Below, in pieces: positions 61,439-64,000 of a stretch of 64,000 bases of DNA (position 1 is its first letter; each line of letters begins with the position of its first letter). Below the pieces are notes generated by a model. The model saw nothing but the letters and a program-made list of their open reading frames with translations. It was not told the DNA's origin and made no database searches. Where the stretch lies: assembly GCF_011745625.1 (NCBI RefSeq), contig NW_027191457.1, positions 744,001 to 808,000 on the forward strand, in the 5' to 3' direction. A program made the translations under genes and the position numbers. Source of the stretch: Cladosporium halotolerans (Eukaryota).

Positions 61439-62191
61439 ATGACCACCGCGCACCGCCCAACCTTCGACCCAGCCCGCGGCAAAGAAGCCGCCCGCGGCGA
61501 AGCCTACCACCAGCGCCTGCTGCCCGCGCACAAGATCCTGAAATACCGGCAAGCGACGCAAGGCGCGCCGAGCGAGCAGGCAAAGCGCGACCTGCGCGCG
61601 GAGCTGCTGCGGAACGAGAGGAAGCATTTTGCGAAGAAAGAGGGGCGCGAGATTGGCGACGAGGATGACGAGGATGAGGGCGAGAAGCCGTTGGCGATCG
61701 AGGAGGGCGCGAGTGAGGGTGGGGTGAAGAGGAGGTTGGAAGGAGGTAGTGAGAGACAGGACGGGGAAGGGGATGAGGAAGATTATGAGGCGAAGAAAAG
61801 GCGGGTGTTAGAGGAGAGTAGGGATGTGGATGCGGATTCGGAGAGTGAGGGGTCGAGTAGTGAGGAGGAGTCGGAGGAGGATGATGACGATGAGGAGGCG
61901 GAGTTGATGCGGGAATTGGCGAAGATTAAGGCTGAGCGCGCGGAGGCTGCGGCGAGGGAGGCGGCGGAGAAGGCGAAGCGGGACGAGGATCAGAGGGAGA
62001 AGGATATCGCGTTGGGCAATCCTTTGCTGAATACGAACCAGGAGTATGGAGTGAAGAGGAGGTGGGACGATGATGTTGTGTTCAAGAACCAGGCGAGGGG
62101 CACGGAAGACAGAGGGAAGGAGAAGCATTTCGTCAATGATTTGCTGAGGAGCGATTTTCACAAGCGGTTCATGGATCGCTACGTCCGATGA
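61439..62191 (+). CDS. CWC15: Pre-mRNA splicing factor Cwc15/Cwf15
   Basis: MTTAHRPTFDPARG, LPAHKILKYRQ, KRRWDDDVVFKNQARG, FVNDLLRSDFHKRFM. Confidence 0.96.
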   Translation: MTTAHRPTFDPARGKEAARGEAYHQRLLPAHKILKYRQATQGAPSEQAKRDLRAELLRNERKHFAKKEGREIGDEDDEDEGEKPLAIEEGASEGGVKRRLEGGSERQDGEGDEEDYEAKKRRVLEESRDVDADSESEGSSSEEESEEDDDDEEAELMRELAKIKAERAEAAAREAAEKAKRDEDQREKDIALGNPLLNTNQEYGVKRRWDDDVVFKNQARGTEDRGKEKHFVNDLLRSDFHKRFMDRYVR

Positions 62192-63157
62192 GGTGAAGAA
62201 GTCCAAGTCGCGATTCGACCTATCGAAAAGAAACCCATCTGGCGAGTCGCCACACATAAACGCTCGGGAGGGCGAGGCCAATGCGCTGCCCAGCGCTCTC
62301 ATACTTCCGGATCGATGTCCTCGCTACTTCTCTACGGAGGAGACGCTCTCAACTTGGATCATTTGATCACTTGGCAAACCTGCACGACTTGCTCCTTTGG
62401 GGGCCACTACGAATGACTTTTCCACAGCAGTTCGTAGCTCTCGTTGCAAGCCTCTGTCCCTTCGTATGTCGAACCCAAGCCGCCTGATAGCAGCAACGGT
62501 GATTGCAGATCGACAACTTTGATTGCTCGACAGATTGCCGAATAGACACAGAGGGGTCAACAACATTTTTCGGCAGCAAGATAAATATCATTGAAGTGAA
62601 ATTTGGGAAGAAGCCGCAAGGCATTCTTGCGGCGCTGTAATTTCTCTGTCCACGTCCCTATTCTTCTTCAAAAAGGTATGGAAAGTCTATGCTCGTCCTG
62701 TGAGCGTGGCGTCGCGCTTCCTCGGCTACCCGTGTCGGGAAGTACGTGGAGTGACACAAGGCGTTCAGATTTTCAAACGACCTTTCGAGTTCCCAGCTTG
62801 AATGACAAGATTTGCTCACCAGTGCCTTGAAGTTCGATGTCGCAATAGCGTCGCTATGCTCTGCACCTGCGAGACAATGCTGCCTTTCTTTCAAGATTCC
62901 GAGCAAAGGTGCTCGGTTGTAGTGAATTCCGACCTTCACACGGCCTCCCCGGTCTGAGAATCGTAATTGCGACATTCCATGTGGCGGTGTGCGCTGAAAT
63001 CAACCGTGCCGACTGGCGTGGCTTGCGAAATTGTTGCTCGTAGCTAGACATCGGAGTCCAGCCCAAAGCGGGTATCCCAGAAACGCCATCGCTAAACAGC
63101 AGAATGTAGTTGTACAAGTTCTTTTGCGCTTCTCCTCGTGCCGCAGAACCCTTCCGT

Positions 63158-63922
63158 TCACACACCCTCAAAACTCAAACACTGCTTCCTCTGATCCGCC
63201 TCCTCCTTTGCCAACTCATAGTCGTCCTCCTCCATATCGCTCGACTCCGCCCACAACCTCTCCCTCTCCGCATCCAACCCCAAATCCGCCGCCTCCTGCG
63301 CAATCGCCCAAATCCCCTCCCGCGCCCTCTTATGCCGCTCGCGGTCCTCCTCGATCCTCTGCTCGATCTGCCGCTTATCCAACCTCACCGCGGGCGCCGC
63401 CCACGGCTCCCTCCCGGACGCCGGCGTGCCCCTCGCCGCCGTCCCAGCGGCAGGCGTCCCGTCATCCTCCGCCGGCGACCCGCCCGCGCCCCCCGCCTCC
63501 CCTCGCCCCGCAATAAACTCCTCCAGCTCCGCGACCGTCTGCGCCTGCAAAAACCCTTTCGCGCCCAAGCTCTTCAGCACGCTCCGCACGACCCTCACGT
63601 TCGCCGCGCCCCCGCCCTCGGCTGGCGCGACGAGCTCCACCAGCCGCAGGATGTCGCGCTCGATCATGCGCGGGTAGGCGGGCGGCGGCTGCGGGGCGGC
63701 GGCGGCGGCGTCGCACAGGGCGGGCAGGAAGTAGGCGATGTTGGCGCGCGCGTTGAGGGAGGGCGTGCGCTCGAGCTGCTCGAGGATGCAGCTGTGCAGG
63801 TCCTCGGCGAAGGCGGCGTGCTTGAGCGCGTAGTGGGCGGTTTTGAGCGCGCTGTTGGTGCTGGCGTTGAGGTGGTGGAGGAGGGAGGTGAAGCGCATGC
63901 GGACTTCGAAGGGGTCGGCCAT
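63158..63922 (-). CDS. CTK3: CTD kinase I gamma subunit Ctk3
   Basis: MADPFEVRMRF..LL.HLNAS, EDLHSCILEQLE, RANIAYFL, IEQRIEEDRERHKRAREGIW. Confidence 0.94.
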   Translation of the reverse strand: MADPFEVRMRFTSLLHHLNASTNSALKTAHYALKHAAFAEDLHSCILEQLERTPSLNARANIAYFLPALCDAAAAAPQPPPAYPRMIERDILRLVELVAPAEGGGAANVRVVRSVLKSLGAKGFLQAQTVAELEEFIAGRGEAGGAGGSPAEDDGTPAAGTAARGTPASGREPWAAPAVRLDKRQIEQRIEEDRERHKRAREGIWAIAQEAADLGLDAERERLWAESSDMEEDDYELAKEEADQRKQCLSFEGV

Positions 63923-64000
63923 GGTTTTTTTTTTTTCTTATTTTGTTGTGGCTTTGGTTGTTGTGGGAGGGTGGTTGTCGAGGTGTGAGGTGGCTTCTTG

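Noticed and set aside
62324..63171. Short ORFs between convergent CWC15 and CTK3
   Set aside because: No motif or coding bias evident

Overview
Gene-dense euchromatic segment of a filamentous ascomycete. The short GT-AG introns with CTRAC branch sites and the protein sequences suggest a Dothideomycete (inference). It carries about 28 protein genes and one tRNA-Arg(ACG). Recognisable genes: 3-unit polyubiquitin, ETP1/BRAP2, three MFS transporters (one 5'-truncated), a Mae1/SLAC1 transporter, MRP10, a DUF1992 protein, STN1, MCU, AYG1, a USP protein, a bacterial-like MerA/RclA-type flavoprotein, PSF3, BLM10, a PRCC-like protein, SIN1/AVO1, ketopantoate reductase, RRP45, CWC15 and CTK3. No transposon, rRNA or CRISPR is evident. 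The most striking unexplained signal is a series of ~0.5-1.5 kb domains in which the + strand runs C/A-rich, then CpG-rich, then G/T-rich, regardless of gene orientation and including introns. Other notable items: a long ORF broken by one in-frame TAG, a ~1100-codon gene split across three frames, a probable dual-start mitochondrial/cytosolic flavoprotein, and an orphan protein loaded with CDK sites. All calls come from reading the sequence by eye; no searches were run.
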